Assembly (NCBI GenBank): GCA_965198225.1 | Contig: CBDAOY010000007.1 | Coordinates: forward strand, 990,045 to 1,054,044 | Direction: 5' to 3' | Length of the DNA: 64,000 nucleotides | Source: Terriglobia bacterium | Lineage (GTDB): Bacteria > Acidobacteriota > Terriglobia > 20CM-2-55-15 | Shown: positions 53,752 through 63,656 of the stretch, piece after piece | Position numbering within the stretch: position 1 is the first letter of the stretch | How the letters are laid out: every line of letters starts with the position of its first letter | Position numbers and translations under genes: made by a program | Notes under the pieces: model-generated | Seen by the model: only the letters and a program-made list of their open reading frames with translations | Told to the model about the DNA's origin: nothing | Databases searched by the model: none

Positions 53752-56700
53752 TCTGATTTCAGAACTCGGGGGAGAAATGATCCATGGGGATAAGAACATG
53801 CCCAACAATGGCGGCACGCGGGTACCGCTGATAGTCAGCGTTCCAGGAGGTGAGGGGGGACGGGTGTTCGACGACCTGATCGACTTCACCGACTTTCTCC
53901 CGACTCTGGCTGATGCGGCAGGTCTTACGATTCCTGACGTCAATATGCTGGACGGCGTGAGTTTTTGGGACAGGCTTCAAGGCCGAACCGGCCAACCGCG
54001 GGAATGGATATATACCTATTACTTCCCACGTCCGTTCGCCGATAGGTTCGACAATCCGCAACGTCATCCAGAGGCGTCGTATGTCCGAGACAAGCGGTAC
54101 CAGCTCTACGGAACAGGAGAGTTCTTCGACATTTCCGTAGACCCTCACCAAGTGCATCCGTTGCCGAGTGACGATGAAGAGTCCAGCGCCGCCCGTACCA
54201 AGCTGCAAGCGGTTCTCGACTCGATGCCGGGGAGAGGTGAGGAGATTTACCCATATTTGATAGGAACTGTCCCGGACTCTGAGCCGCGCCCGCGATGGCG
54301 GCCCGTCCTGTCGAAAGCAACTGTGAACGGCGGCCAATTGACGCTCACTTACGCCGGAATTCTGGACTCAAGAGAAGCGCCTCCCGCAGATTCCTTCATT
54401 GTGAACGTTGATGGTTCCGAGCGTGCGGTCTCCACAGTTTCGATAAGCAAAACAGCGGTTACGCTTACACTCGCTTCGGCGGTTACAGTTGGCCAGACGG
54501 TGACGTTGAATTACACGCCGGGAACGAATGCGATTCAGCACGCGAACAGGCCATTCGGGCACAAAGCGGCACCCCTGGTTCGCCAAGGGGTGACGAACAA
54601 CACTGTGGACACGACGGCGCCGGCGGTGTTGTCGATCACGAGCGACGCGACGCACCCGACGAAGAACGCTTTCACGGTGACGATAACCTTTTCGGAGGAG
54701 GTGAGGGGACTCACGGCGGGGGAGATCGCGGTCACCAATGGCACGGGCTCGAACTTTGCGGGCACAGGCGCGAGCTACATGCTCGACATCGAACCCAGCG
54801 ACGATATCGAAGCCGACGTGACGGTCCGGGTTCCGGCCGATGCGGCGATGGACGCCGCGAACCTCGGCAACATCGAGGGGATCGAGACCTTCGCGGTGGA
54901 CACCCAGGCGCCGGCGGTGTTGTCGATCACGAGCGACGCGACACACCCGACGAAGGATGCTTTCAGGGTGACGATCACCTTTTCGGAGGCGGTGACGGAG
55001 CTCACGTCGCAGGATATCGCGGTCATGAACGGAGTGGGCTCGAACTTCGCGGGCACGGACGCGCGCTACACGCTCGACATCGAGCCCAGCGCCAATACCG
55101 AAGACGATGTGACGGTCCGGGTTCGGGCCAACGCGGCGGTGGACGGCGTGAACATCGGCAACGTCGAGGGGATCGAAACCTTTGCGGTGGACACCCAGGT
55201 GCCGAGGGTGTTGTCGATCACAAGCGACGCGGCGCACCCGACGAAGGATACTTTCACGGTAACGATCACCTTTTCGGAAGAGGTGACGGGGCTGACGGCG
55301 AGTGAGATCGTGGTCAGCAATGGCCGTGGCTCGAACTTCGCGGGCACGGGCGCACGCTACACGCTCGACATCGCTCCGAACGCCAACCTTGAAGCCGATG
55401 TGACGGTCCGGGTTCGAGCCAACGCGGCGGTGGACGGCGCGAACAACAGCCACGTCGACGAGGGCGAGACCTTCGCTGTGGACACGCGGGCACCGGTGTT
55501 GATGAGCGCTGCGGTGGATGGCGACACGCTGACGCTGAGCTATGGGGAGGCGCTGGGCAACCCGACACCGGAGCCGGGCGATTTCACGATGAATGTGGAG
55601 AGCGCTGGGCGGAGCGTTTCCAGGGTGGCGGTGAGCGGAAGAGCGGTGACTTTGACGCTTGCCTCGGCCGTGGCGCATGGCGAGACGGTGAGAGTGAGCT
55701 ACAGCCCGGGGACGAACCCGATCCAGGACGCGGTGGGCAACCAGGCTCTGGGACTGAGCAACGCGTCGGCCACCAACACTACGGATGCACCCAACACGGA
55801 TCCGATGATCACGAGTCCGGGGCCGTTCAATGTCACTGAGAATCAAGCGCGGGTGACCCGGCTGATGGCGGCCGACGCCGACCCGGGGGACGAGGTCACC
55901 GGCTATACGCTTGTCGGCGGAGCCGATCGGGCCCAGTTCACGGTCGGTGAGGATACCGGAGATCTGGGCTTCCGGGCGGTTCCGAACTTTGAAGCGCCCA
56001 CGGATGCCTTCAGTAACGATCCGCCAAGTGGGGCAGGAGACAACGAGTACATCGTGGTGGTCCAGGTCAGCAGCGGGGCAGGAACGCGGGTGCGGACGGC
56101 GGAACAGACGATTCGCGTGCGGGTGAGTGACGTGGAGGAGCTTCCAGCGGCGCCGGAGGAGCCGACTTTTCCGAGGGCGACGCCGGACAGCCTGACGGTG
56201 GCGTGGACGGAGCCGGACAACACCGGGCCGCCCATCACCGGCTATGACGTGCAATACCGGGAAGGCGTCAGCGGCGGCTTCACGGATGCGCCGCACTCCG
56301 GGACGGCCCAAACCACAACGCTCATGGGGTTGAGCGAGGGCACGGCCTACCAGGTGCAGGTGCGGGCGAGGAACGCGGAAGGAACAGGTGACTGGTCGGA
56401 GCCGGGCGAAGGACGGACCGTGGCCCCGCTGAGGGTTCGGATGACGCCGGAGCTGGAGCCGCCGGTGGAGGGCCCGTTCTCGGTGAGGTTCAGCTTTTCG
56501 GAGACGGTGACGGGTTTCAGCGGAAGCGACATCGAGACGGGTCAGGACCTTGCCTGCATGGACGATCAGAACAACCCGGTGTTCTGCAACCCCGGCTTTG
56601 CGGCATTCGAGACCACGGATAGCCGGGTCTTCACCACCCGCGTGACCCCGAGGACCGGCGGGGTGGCCAATAACTACAAGCTCACGCTCACGGTGCGTGC

Positions 56701-58837
56701 CGGCGGAGTGAGATCGTCTGTCGGCAATAAGCCTAACGAGGAGGCGACGCTTGAGGTGCCGGTGGCGCCGCCGGGGGTGACGGTGCCGATCGGGCCGCTG
56801 GGGCTGACGGCGAGCGGGGGAAACGGCCAGGTGGCGCTCCGGTGGAATGCCCCGGGGGACACCGGGGGCGCCGCGATGGTCCGCTACGAATACCGGGTGG
56901 CGGATGGCGTCGGCGGGGAGTTCGGCGCCTGGATGCGGGTGGATGCGGCGGCGAGGTCCGCGCCGGTCCCCGATCTGACGAACGGCCGGGAATACGTCTT
57001 CGAGCTGAGGGGGGTGAACGCCCTGGGCTACGGCGGGGTGGAGACCGTGCGAGCCACCCCGGTGCGCACCACCACCGGGGACGGAGGAGGCAGAGGAGGC
57101 GGCGGGGGTGGGGGCGCCCTCCGCGGGACAGTGCCGGGCGCGCCGACGAACCTGACGGCTGAGGGCGGGGACGGCCAGGTCGTACTGAGTTGGGACGCCC
57201 CGGAAAGCGACGGCGGGGCGGCGATCACCGATTACGAGTATTGGAACGGCGGGAGTCGGACCTGGACCTCCATCGGTTCCACGAACACCACCCATACGGT
57301 CACCGGCCTCGACAACGGAACGGAATACACCTTCCAGGTGCGGGCGGTCAACCGAAGGGGCCGGAGCCGGGCTTCCAACCGGGCTACGGCGACGCCGGAC
57401 GTGTTTATCCTGGACTTTGCGCATTTCGCCAATGGCGCGTCCATTACCTCCGATCTGGTGCTGGTGAACCCGGGAAGCATCCCGATCCGGCCCGTCGTTT
57501 ATTTCTACGACACCGGGGGCAATCCAATTAACGCCGAATCGGTGGTGGACGTCACCGGTGATCTGACGGTCGCCGAGGACGGTGCCTTGACGGTCCTGGC
57601 GGATATGGAGCCACTCAGAGAACTCACGATTGCGACCCACGGTCGGGGAGCGCTCGTGAGTGGATCGGTGAAGGTTGTCTCTTACGGTCCTGTCGGCGGG
57701 TTCCTGCGCTATAACGTCCCGGATGTCGGCGTGGCCGGTGTGGGAGCGAGCCCGCCCACACGGGATGTCCTTTTCCCGGCCCGCCGCGAGGCGGGAGGCA
57801 TCAATACGGCGGCGGCGATCCAGAACCTGGGAGAGGCACCGCTGGAGGTGAGCTGCCGATTGATGCGCGCGGGCGCGGTGCTGGAAGAGGCGGAGATCGC
57901 TCTTGCGCCCAACGGGCAGTCGAGTGTCTTTATCGACGAACAATTCCCCGCCACCGATACGTCCGACTTCGCGGGGTCGATGCACTGCGACGCCCCAGCG
58001 ACGTTCACCGGTGTGGCGGTCGAGATGGATGCTGTCCACCGCATCTTTACGGCACTGCCGGTGGTTTCCGCGGATCGGCTCAGCGGCGGCAGTGCGACGG
58101 TCCTGGACTTTGCGCATTTCGCCAATGGAGGTTCCATCACCTCCGATCTGGTGTTCGTGAATCTGAAGACCCGTCCGAGCGGGCCCGCGCCCACTCCCTT
58201 TCAGATGGCCATCCCTCCGAGCCGCCCTGCCATCCATTTCTACGACACGGAGGGCAATCCGATGGCGACCGAATCGGTGGTGGACATCACCGGCGATCTG
58301 GAAGTCACCGAAGACGGCGCCCTGACGGTCCGGACGGAGATGGAGCCCTTGGGCGTGCTCACGATTTCGACTCACAGCCGGGGCGATCTGGTGACCGGAT
58401 CGGTGAAGGTGGTCTCGGAGGGTCCCATCGGCGGGATGCTCCGCTTTGACCTCCCCGGCATCGGCGAGGCCGTGGTGGGGGCCAGCGAGCCCCTCAGCGA
58501 CTTCCTCTTCCCGGTGCGCCGCCAGGAGGGAGGCATCAACACGGGGGTCGCGATCCACAACCTGGAATCGAGTCCGGAGTTGGTGCGCTGCGAACTGCTG
58601 CGCGAGGGCGTGCTGCTCGATACCGTGAGCATCCCTCTTGAGGCCAACGGGCAGACCTCCGGGTTCATCGACGGGCGATTCCCCAGCGTCGATACGTCCG
58701 ACTTCGTGGGGTTGGTACGCTGCAATGCAGTCGGTGAGGGGCTCTTCAGTGCCGTCGCCCTGGAACTGGATGCCGCCAACCGCATCTTTACCACACTGCC
58801 AGTGATCCCGCTGCAAGAGACGATGTCTCAGGAATAG
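53738..58837 (+). CDS. Sulfatase C-terminal part + SwmB-like, Ig-like x3, cadherin-like, FN3 x3 and two ~220-aa C-terminal beta domains (giant surface protein)
   Basis: The frame-2 sequence THADLISELGGEMIHGDKNMPNNGGTRVPLIVSVPGG..DFLPTLADAAG continues the sulfatase fold, followed by the repeat domains. The track ORF start at 53564 is upstream filler. Confidence 0.8.
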   Translation, partial: LTHADLISELGGEMIHGDKNMPNNGGTRVPLIVSVPGGEGGRVFDDLIDFTDFLPTLADAAGLTIPDVNMLDGVSFWDRLQGRTGQPREWIYTYYFPRPFADRFDNPQRHPEASYVRDKRYQLYGTGEFFDISVDPHQVHPLPSDDEESSAARTKLQAVLDSMPGRGEEIYPYLIGTVPDSEPRPRWRPVLSKATVNGGQLTLTYAGILDSREAPPADSFIVNVDGSERAVSTVSISKTAVTLTLASAVTVGQTVTLNYTPGTNAIQHANRPFGHKAAPLVRQGVTNNTVDTTAPAVLSITSDATHPTKNAFTVTITFSEEVRGLTAGEIAVTNGTGSNFAGTGASYMLDIEPSDDIEADVTVRVPADAAMDAANLGNIEGIETFAVDTQAPAVLSITSDATHPTKDAFRVTITFSEAVTELTSQDIAVMNGVGSNFAGTDARYTLDIEPSANTEDDVTVRVRANAAVDGVNIGNVEGIETFAVDTQVPRVLSITSDAAHPTKDTFTVTITFSEEVTGLTASEIVVSNGRGSNFAGTGARYTLDIAPNANLEADVTVRVRANAAVDGANNSHVDEGETFAVDTRAPVLMSAAVDGDTLTLSYGEALGNPTPEPGDFTMNVESAGRSVSRVAVSGRAVTLTLASAVAHGETVRVSYSPGTNPIQDAVGNQALGLSNASATNTTDAPNTDPMITSPGPFNVTENQARVTRLMAADADPGDEVTGYTLVGGADRAQFTVGEDTGDLGFRAVPNFEAPTDAFSNDPPSGAGDNEYIVVVQVSSGAGTRVRTAEQTIRVRVSDVEELPAAPEEPTFPRATPDSLTVAWTEPDNTGPPITGYDVQYREGVSGGFTDAPHSGTAQTTTLMGLSEGTAYQVQVRARNAEGTGDWSEPGEGRTVAPLRVRMTPELEPPVEGPFSVRFSFSETVTGFSGSDIETGQDLACMDDQNNPVFCNPGFAAFETTDSRVFTTRVTPRTGGVANNYKLTLTVRAGGVRSSVGNKPNEEATLEVPVAPPGVTVPIGPLGLTASGGNGQVALRWNAPGDTGGAAMVRYEYRVADGVGGEFGAWMRVDAAARSAPVPDLTNGREYVFELRGVNALGYGGVETVRATPVRTTTGDGGGRGGGGGGGALRGTVPGAPTNLTAEGGDGQVVLSWDAPESDGGAAITDYEYWNGGSRTWTSIGSTNTTHTVTGLDNGTEYTFQVRAVNRRGRSRASNRATATPDVFILDFAHFANGASITSDLVLVNPGSIPIRPVVYFYDTGGNPINAESVVDVTGDLTVAEDGALTVLADMEPLRELTIATHGRGALVSGSVKVVSYGPVGGFLRYNVPDVGVAGVGASPPTRDVLFPARREAGGINTAAAIQNLGEAPLEVSCRLMRAGAVLEEAEIALAPNGQSSVFIDEQFPATDTSDFAGSMHCDAPATFTGVAVEMDAVHRIFTALPVVSADRLSGGSATVLDFAHFANGGSITSDLVFVNLKTRPSGPAPTPFQMAIPPSRPAIHFYDTEGNPMATESVVDITGDLEVTEDGALTVRTEMEPLGVLTISTHSRGDLVTGSVKVVSEGPIGGMLRFDLPGIGEAVVGASEPLSDFLFPVRRQEGGINTGVAIHNLESSPELVRCELLREGVLLDTVSIPLEANGQTSGFIDGRFPSVDTSDFVGLVRCNAVGEGLFSAVALELDAANRIFTTLPVIPLQETMSQE
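54605..55477 (+). repeat. Three tandem 291-bp (97-aa) Ig-like domain repeats within the giant CDS
   Basis: Units start at GTGGACAC (54605, 54896, 55187) and the array ends at 55477. The protein repeat is VDTxAPxVLSITSDAxHPTKxxFxVTITFSEEV.. Confidence 0.85.
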
Positions 58838-58873
58838 ACGGACGCGCCTGACAGGCTAGGCGACGGCGTCGCC

Positions 58874-59803
58874 ATGAGCTTCGAACCGGGCGTCGACGCC
58901 CAACGCGGGAGAGCCCGAGTCAGGGGGGCACGGACCACGGCATGCCTGGACGGTTCACGGCGCGCCGGCGGTAGACATCCGATCCGTGGACACCGTGGGC
59001 CGGGGGCGCCCCCGGATGCATACCGGAGGCCGGCGGGGGTCCATCATGCCTGGGATGACTGTGATGTCGATGTTGCCGTGCTCGGTCGCGTGCCTCGTCG
59101 CAGCCGGCATCCGCGGTGTTGCGGAATGGCTCCACGCGTTGAGGCTCGACGACAGCTCGCGCTGGCTGGGCCCATCCTCCGAAAACCTCTGCTATCCGTA
59201 TCGCGAAAGGCGCTGGCCTCCGGCGAGCCGGAAGATCCCCCCGGCTGGGAACGGATCTATGAAGGCTCGTTCCTGGAAGCAGCGCTGGTCACACAGCTTT
59301 CCGGCGACTTTCCCGGCCCGGTGCTGGCCGTGGTTTCGGTGCCCTTTTACTCGGCAGACCGGCAGCGGATTTTAGTCCCGCGAGGGGCGCGAGTCGTGGG
59401 CACGGCTCAGGCCGTGGCGAATCAGGACCAATCGCGCCTTGCCGTCAGTTTCCACCGTTTGATCTATCCGGACGGGCGTTGGGTGTCGCTGGAATTCAAC
59501 GGCCTCAATCAGGTCGGCGAGGGAGCCTTGAAAGATCAGGTCAACCGCCATTACCTATCCACGTTCGCCGCAGTCGGCGCGGTCGGCATCCTGAGCGGGC
59601 TGACCTTGCGCGGCTCCAATCCCTATGGCGGCGGGCAGCAGAGCCTTCAGGCTGGGGCCGGACAAGGGCTCGGCCAGGCCGCGACGCGCATCCTGGATCG
59701 TTTCCTGAATCGTTTGCCCACCCTCACCATTCGGGCCGGGCATCGGCTTCGCGTTTGGTTCACTTCCGACGTGCTGGTTCCCCGGCCCCAACAAGGAGAT
59801 TGA
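58874..59803 (+). CDS. VirB10/TrbI-like protein, C-terminal barrel domain only (N-terminus not credible, probably truncated)
   Basis: GSFLEAALVTQLSGDFPGPVLAVVSVPFYSADRQRILVPRGARVVG..RLAVSFHRLIYPDGRWVSL..LPTLTIRAGHRLRVWFTSDV. No TM or Pro-rich N-terminal region was found. A possible start is the ATG at 59126. Confidence 0.6.
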   Translation: MSFEPGVDAQRGRARVRGARTTACLDGSRRAGGRHPIRGHRGPGAPPDAYRRPAGVHHAWDDCDVDVAVLGRVPRRSRHPRCCGMAPRVEARRQLALAGPILRKPLLSVSRKALASGEPEDPPGWERIYEGSFLEAALVTQLSGDFPGPVLAVVSVPFYSADRQRILVPRGARVVGTAQAVANQDQSRLAVSFHRLIYPDGRWVSLEFNGLNQVGEGALKDQVNRHYLSTFAAVGAVGILSGLTLRGSNPYGGGQQSLQAGAGQGLGQAATRILDRFLNRLPTLTIRAGHRLRVWFTSDVLVPRPQQGD

Positions 59804-59804
59804 A

Positions 59805-60722
59805 ATGAAAATGTACCGAAAAGCCTTCACCGTTGTTGTCATGGTTCCGATCCTCATCATGCTCACCACCACGCCCGCGCATGCCCTCTTCGGCTCGATC
59901 CTTGCGGGCATCCAACGCGCCCAGATGATCGCCAATCAGGGGATCCAGATCTACAAGGACACAATGGCGAAGATCACCCTGGACGGCCAATTGACCCAGA
60001 TGACGGATCAGTTCAACCACCTGCAAGAACAGGCGCTCGGAAGTGTCGGGGCGCTCACCGATCCGTTTACGCAGTTGGCTTCGGTGCCGACGCAGTTCAT
60101 CGGCGTGGGTCTCGCGTGGAAGAACGATTTTACCGGCGTTGCCGCGGAGCTTGTCTCGTCGGTGGAACAGATGGGCGAAACCGGCACGAGCTTTACCGAG
60201 TCGTGGCGTGATCGGCTCACCGCCGCCGACACGGTGACTGAGAGCGACATCATTGGTCTGTACAACTCTCAGCGGCCCGAAATGGCCCAGAGAGCGGCAC
60301 GGGGCTACCTTGCGGCGCGAGAGGAAGGCGAGAAACGCCTGGTCCTCGATCACGCCACGAGCGATGCGGCGGCGAATCTCATGATTGCGGCGCGTGAGGC
60401 TGTGGCCTCCTACGAAGGACTGCGAAACAACACCAATACTTCCAACACCGCGCTCGCTCAATCGCAGGTGGCCGGGACCCTGACCCAGGGGAACCTCACC
60501 GCGGCCATGGCGCAGTTGATGGCGTTCGATACAGCAAAGGCGGCAGCGGAAGATTACGAACGCGAGATCGCCCGGCGCGACGCGCTGGCGGAATGGGTCG
60601 AGGCCCAGCGCCGCGCGCGCGTCACCTTCGACGCGCAACAGGCCGGGCTCGATGCCCGGCGCGATGCGATGCGGGAAGGGTTGCTCTTCCAGATTCATCC
60701 GTTCTATCGCGGCGGGAACTAA
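59805..60722 (+). CDS. VirB5/TrbJ-like type IV secretion protein
   Basis: A signal peptide followed by long helical/coiled sequence, in the position between the VirB10-like and VirB6-like genes. Assignment is by layout and context. Confidence 0.45.
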   Translation: MKMYRKAFTVVVMVPILIMLTTTPAHALFGSILAGIQRAQMIANQGIQIYKDTMAKITLDGQLTQMTDQFNHLQEQALGSVGALTDPFTQLASVPTQFIGVGLAWKNDFTGVAAELVSSVEQMGETGTSFTESWRDRLTAADTVTESDIIGLYNSQRPEMAQRAARGYLAAREEGEKRLVLDHATSDAAANLMIAAREAVASYEGLRNNTNTSNTALAQSQVAGTLTQGNLTAAMAQLMAFDTAKAAAEDYEREIARRDALAEWVEAQRRARVTFDAQQAGLDARRDAMREGLLFQIHPFYRGGN

Positions 60723-60734
60723 CCCGGTACGCCG

Positions 60735-61736
60735 ATGCAAATCCAACTCGACCCGGCGATCCCGGCCCAGGTCCCCCCGGAGCAGCTTCGGGATTTCAAG
60801 TCGTTTCTCGATACCGTTCTCGAGGGAATCATCGGCCCGGCGGCCAACCCTCTGCTGGAGACCGGAAACCTGCTGTGGACAGGGTTAGCCGCAATCGTGG
60901 TGGTGTTGACCGGCGCGAAGATCGCGTACAGCGGGAACATTCAGCCGTGGGACATCGTCCGGCTCGTCATCGGTCTGTGGGTGCCGTGGGTCATGTTGCA
61001 GTTCTACTCGACGCCCATCCCGGGGCTGGTCTTCACGTTCCCGGGGGTCATCACGGCGGGCGGGAATTGGTTGCACAATTTCTTGCTTGCGGACACGGCC
61101 TGGTCCATGCATAGCGAACTCGGAAACCTCGTCACCAACCTCGCGGAGGATCTTCAGGTGCAAGCGAATCAGGGGAGTATTCTCGGCGTGCTCACCGGCG
61201 GCGCTCACGCCGTGCTGACGCTCGTTGCCGGAGCCGTCATCATGCTGTTCGTCGTGACCTGTCTCGTCGTTTTGTTCGCGGTTACCTACGCTCAGGTGAT
61301 CTGGGCCCAGATCGCCCTGGCGATCCTCACGCTCCTGGGTCCGATCTTCATTCCCTGGCTGGTGTTTGAGCCGATGAGCTTCATGTTCTGGGGATGGTTC
61401 CGGGCGATGCTGACGTATTCGCTCTACGCCGTGATCGCCGGGGCCGTCATGCGCGTGTTTTCCGGCGTGGGCCTCGCCTACGTCACGACCCTGGGCACCG
61501 CCCAACTCAACTGGCAGTCCATTGGCGATCTCGGTTTGTGGCTCCTGGCGGTCCTGCCCCTGTTCGTGGCCGGGATCCTGTCATCGCTCAAGTGCGGGGA
61601 GCTCGCCTCGATGCTCGTCACCGGTGCCGGTGCATCGGGAAGCGGGCTCATGGGCATGGCGGGGATGGCGGGAACGGTTGCCACCGGCGCCAGCGTGCGC
61701 GCGGCCGCGAAAGCGGGGGCGGGAGGTCTGAAATGA
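60735..61736 (+). CDS. VirB6/TrbL-family type IV secretion membrane protein
   Basis: A polytopic membrane protein of 333 aa with a Gly/Ala-rich C-terminus (GAGASGSGLMGMAGMAGTVATGA), as in TrbL. Confidence 0.7.
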   Translation: MQIQLDPAIPAQVPPEQLRDFKSFLDTVLEGIIGPAANPLLETGNLLWTGLAAIVVVLTGAKIAYSGNIQPWDIVRLVIGLWVPWVMLQFYSTPIPGLVFTFPGVITAGGNWLHNFLLADTAWSMHSELGNLVTNLAEDLQVQANQGSILGVLTGGAHAVLTLVAGAVIMLFVVTCLVVLFAVTYAQVIWAQIALAILTLLGPIFIPWLVFEPMSFMFWGWFRAMLTYSLYAVIAGAVMRVFSGVGLAYVTTLGTAQLNWQSIGDLGLWLLAVLPLFVAGILSSLKCGELASMLVTGAGASGSGLMGMAGMAGTVATGASVRAAAKAGAGGLK

Positions 61737-62404
61737 GCAAGAAGGAAACCCAAGACGCCGGGGTCGAATACGCCGAAATCTGGGGCGAGGCCATCCACGC
61801 GAACCACCACCTGCGGGTGCTCTCTGTCGGGCTGGGGGCGTTGTGCCTGTTGCTCGTCATCGTCGTCATCCGCATCGTGTCGGTCGCTCCCCCGCGCCCC
61901 ATCGTCGTGCGGGTGGATGAAGTCGGCCGCGCCGAGGCCGTCGCCTATGAAGCGATGGAGGCCCAGGCGGACCCCCTCGACCCCACCACCAAATACTTTC
62001 TCAATCGCTTTATCTATGACTTCTACTCCCGGCGGCGGGCCACGGTCGAAGAGAACTGGTCCCGGAGTCTGCGCTTCCTAACGACGGAACTTGCCGGTGC
62101 CTCGTTCCGGGCCGAGAGCCAGAACATCGCCCTTCTCGCGGCGGGCGCGGCGCGGGATGAACTGCAAGTGGATCGCGTCGTTTTGCGGATTCAAGCCAAC
62201 CCCCGGGAGCCCCACAGCGCGACGGCCGATTTCGATCTGGTGCGGCTGGTGGCGCAGAACGAAGTGGGCCGGGAACGCTGGACCCTCTCGCTTCAATTTC
62301 TGTTCCTCGATGAGATCCCGCCGGACCTGATCGTCCACAACCCGATGGGGATCGTGATCACCTATCTGCAAGGAGATCGGGCGATAGTCAGCGGCGAACC
62401 ATGA
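61733..62404 (+). CDS. VirB8/TrbF-like type IV secretion protein
   Basis: The ATG at 61733 overlaps the upstream TGA, with a GGGAGG Shine-Dalgarno. MSKKETQ.., one TM segment (LSVGLGALCLLLVIVVIRIV), then an NTF2-like region YFLNRFIYDFYSRR.. The track ORF start at 61394 is upstream out-of-gene sequence. Confidence 0.65.
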   Translation: MSKKETQDAGVEYAEIWGEAIHANHHLRVLSVGLGALCLLLVIVVIRIVSVAPPRPIVVRVDEVGRAEAVAYEAMEAQADPLDPTTKYFLNRFIYDFYSRRRATVEENWSRSLRFLTTELAGASFRAESQNIALLAAGAARDELQVDRVVLRIQANPREPHSATADFDLVRLVAQNEVGRERWTLSLQFLFLDEIPPDLIVHNPMGIVITYLQGDRAIVSGEP

Positions 62405-63345
62405 TGATCGAGCATTTGCGGGGGAGGGAGCAAAAACTGGAACCGCTCGGTTGGACAGGGCGCGATGCGGAATGGATCGCGCTGGTGTGTTTGCATAGTG
62501 GCGTTTTCACCCGCGCACAATTCTGTTTCTACTTTGATACCCGCCGCGACCGCGCCCATCGGTTTGTACAGGCATTGGTGAAGCGGAGGTCGGCGGTCGA
62601 AACCGATGCCCTCACCTTCAATGGAGGAGGGAAGACGTGCCGGATATCGAGCAAACCGATCTACCGGGCGCTGGGGGTCGAGAACATCCGCCACCGCCGA
62701 AAAGCCCAACCGCCGGTGGTGATGCGGCGGCTCCTATCGCTGGATTTCGTTCTGGAACATCCGGGCATGAACTGGCTTCCCGCCGAGATGGAAAAGGTCG
62801 AGTTTTTTGACGGGCTCGGCCTCTCGCGGCGGTTGATTCCCCGCCGGATTTATTACGGGGCCGTGGGGGCCCAGAAACGCTACTTTGCGCTCAAACTTCC
62901 CCTTGCCGTGGACGCTCGAACCGTCACCTTCGCCTACGTCGATCCGGGGCACAGTACCGCTTCGGAATTGCACTCCTGGGGAGCCGCGCATGGGCCGCTT
63001 TGGGATGCGCTGCGGAAGACGGGGCGGCAGGTCCGGGTGATCGCCATTGCCGCCGAAAACAAGACGGTCGAGCGGGCGGAGCGGGTGTTGCGCGCATGGG
63101 CGGCGGCGGTCCCAGGGGAGCCCAGCGAGGAGCTGACGGTGAAGCGGGAAATCAAGGCGATTGACGAAGCGATGACCCACAAAGACCGGGAATTTCTGGC
63201 CCGGTACGGGGGATTCGGTGGAGCCATGAAACGGTCCGCGGCGCTCCAAAGTCTGCCCGAAGCGAAGGTGACGGAAGGGGTCTCGATTGACGACTACGGG
63301 ACGTGGTTTGCGGAGCGTTTTGCCGGTCCCGAAGGAATACTGTAA
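62401..63345 (+). CDS. Island protein, possibly of the replication-relaxation family (winged-helix N-terminus)
   Basis: LGWTGRDAEWIALVCLHSGVFTRAQFCFYF..AHRFVQALVKRR resembles that family's N-terminus. This is a weak recollection. Confidence 0.3.
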   Translation: MMIEHLRGREQKLEPLGWTGRDAEWIALVCLHSGVFTRAQFCFYFDTRRDRAHRFVQALVKRRSAVETDALTFNGGGKTCRISSKPIYRALGVENIRHRRKAQPPVVMRRLLSLDFVLEHPGMNWLPAEMEKVEFFDGLGLSRRLIPRRIYYGAVGAQKRYFALKLPLAVDARTVTFAYVDPGHSTASELHSWGAAHGPLWDALRKTGRQVRVIAIAAENKTVERAERVLRAWAAAVPGEPSEELTVKREIKAIDEAMTHKDREFLARYGGFGGAMKRSAALQSLPEAKVTEGVSIDDYGTWFAERFAGPEGIL

Positions 63346-63395
63346 TGGGGTTCAAAAGCAATGGGAAATGTGGCAGGATTCGAGGGATTTTTTCT

Positions 63396-63656
63396 TGCAA
63401 CACCTTCCGATCCAGGATGCAACACCCTCAGAGAGGGGGGTGTTGCAGGATTCGGACAAAAGGTGTTGCAATGCCACATCCTCCTATCTCCTTAATTCTT
63501 TTTTGGTTATCCCATACCAATCGGCCTCCACCGTGCCGATCCAGCGAAATCGGGGAGGACGATAGCGACCCCCCTAAAAAGCGCGGGGTCATGTGGCCCG
63601 GATAGAGGCGAGGTGTTGCACGCCTCTATCCGGCCCCATGAGGGTCGCTATCGTCC
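63396..63656. promoter_or_regulatory. oriT-like non-coding region: five TGCAACACC iterons plus nested perfect inverted repeats
   Basis: Iterons lie at 63396..63404(+), 63418..63427(+), 63438..63447(-), 63462..63470(-) and 63612..63620(-). Outer inverted repeat GGACGATAGCGACCC (63557..63571) / GGGTCGCTATCGTCC (63642..63656). Inner inverted repeat CCGGATAGAGGCG (63598..63610) / CGCCTCTATCCGG (63621..63633), with an iteron in its loop. Confidence 0.5.

Noticed and set aside
54368-58816. 1482-aa ORF on the minus strand
   Set aside because: It is exactly antisense to the giant repeat-protein gene. Its R/H/P/G-rich composition is typical of an off-strand frame in GC-rich DNA, and it has no motifs. 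It is a shadow ORF.
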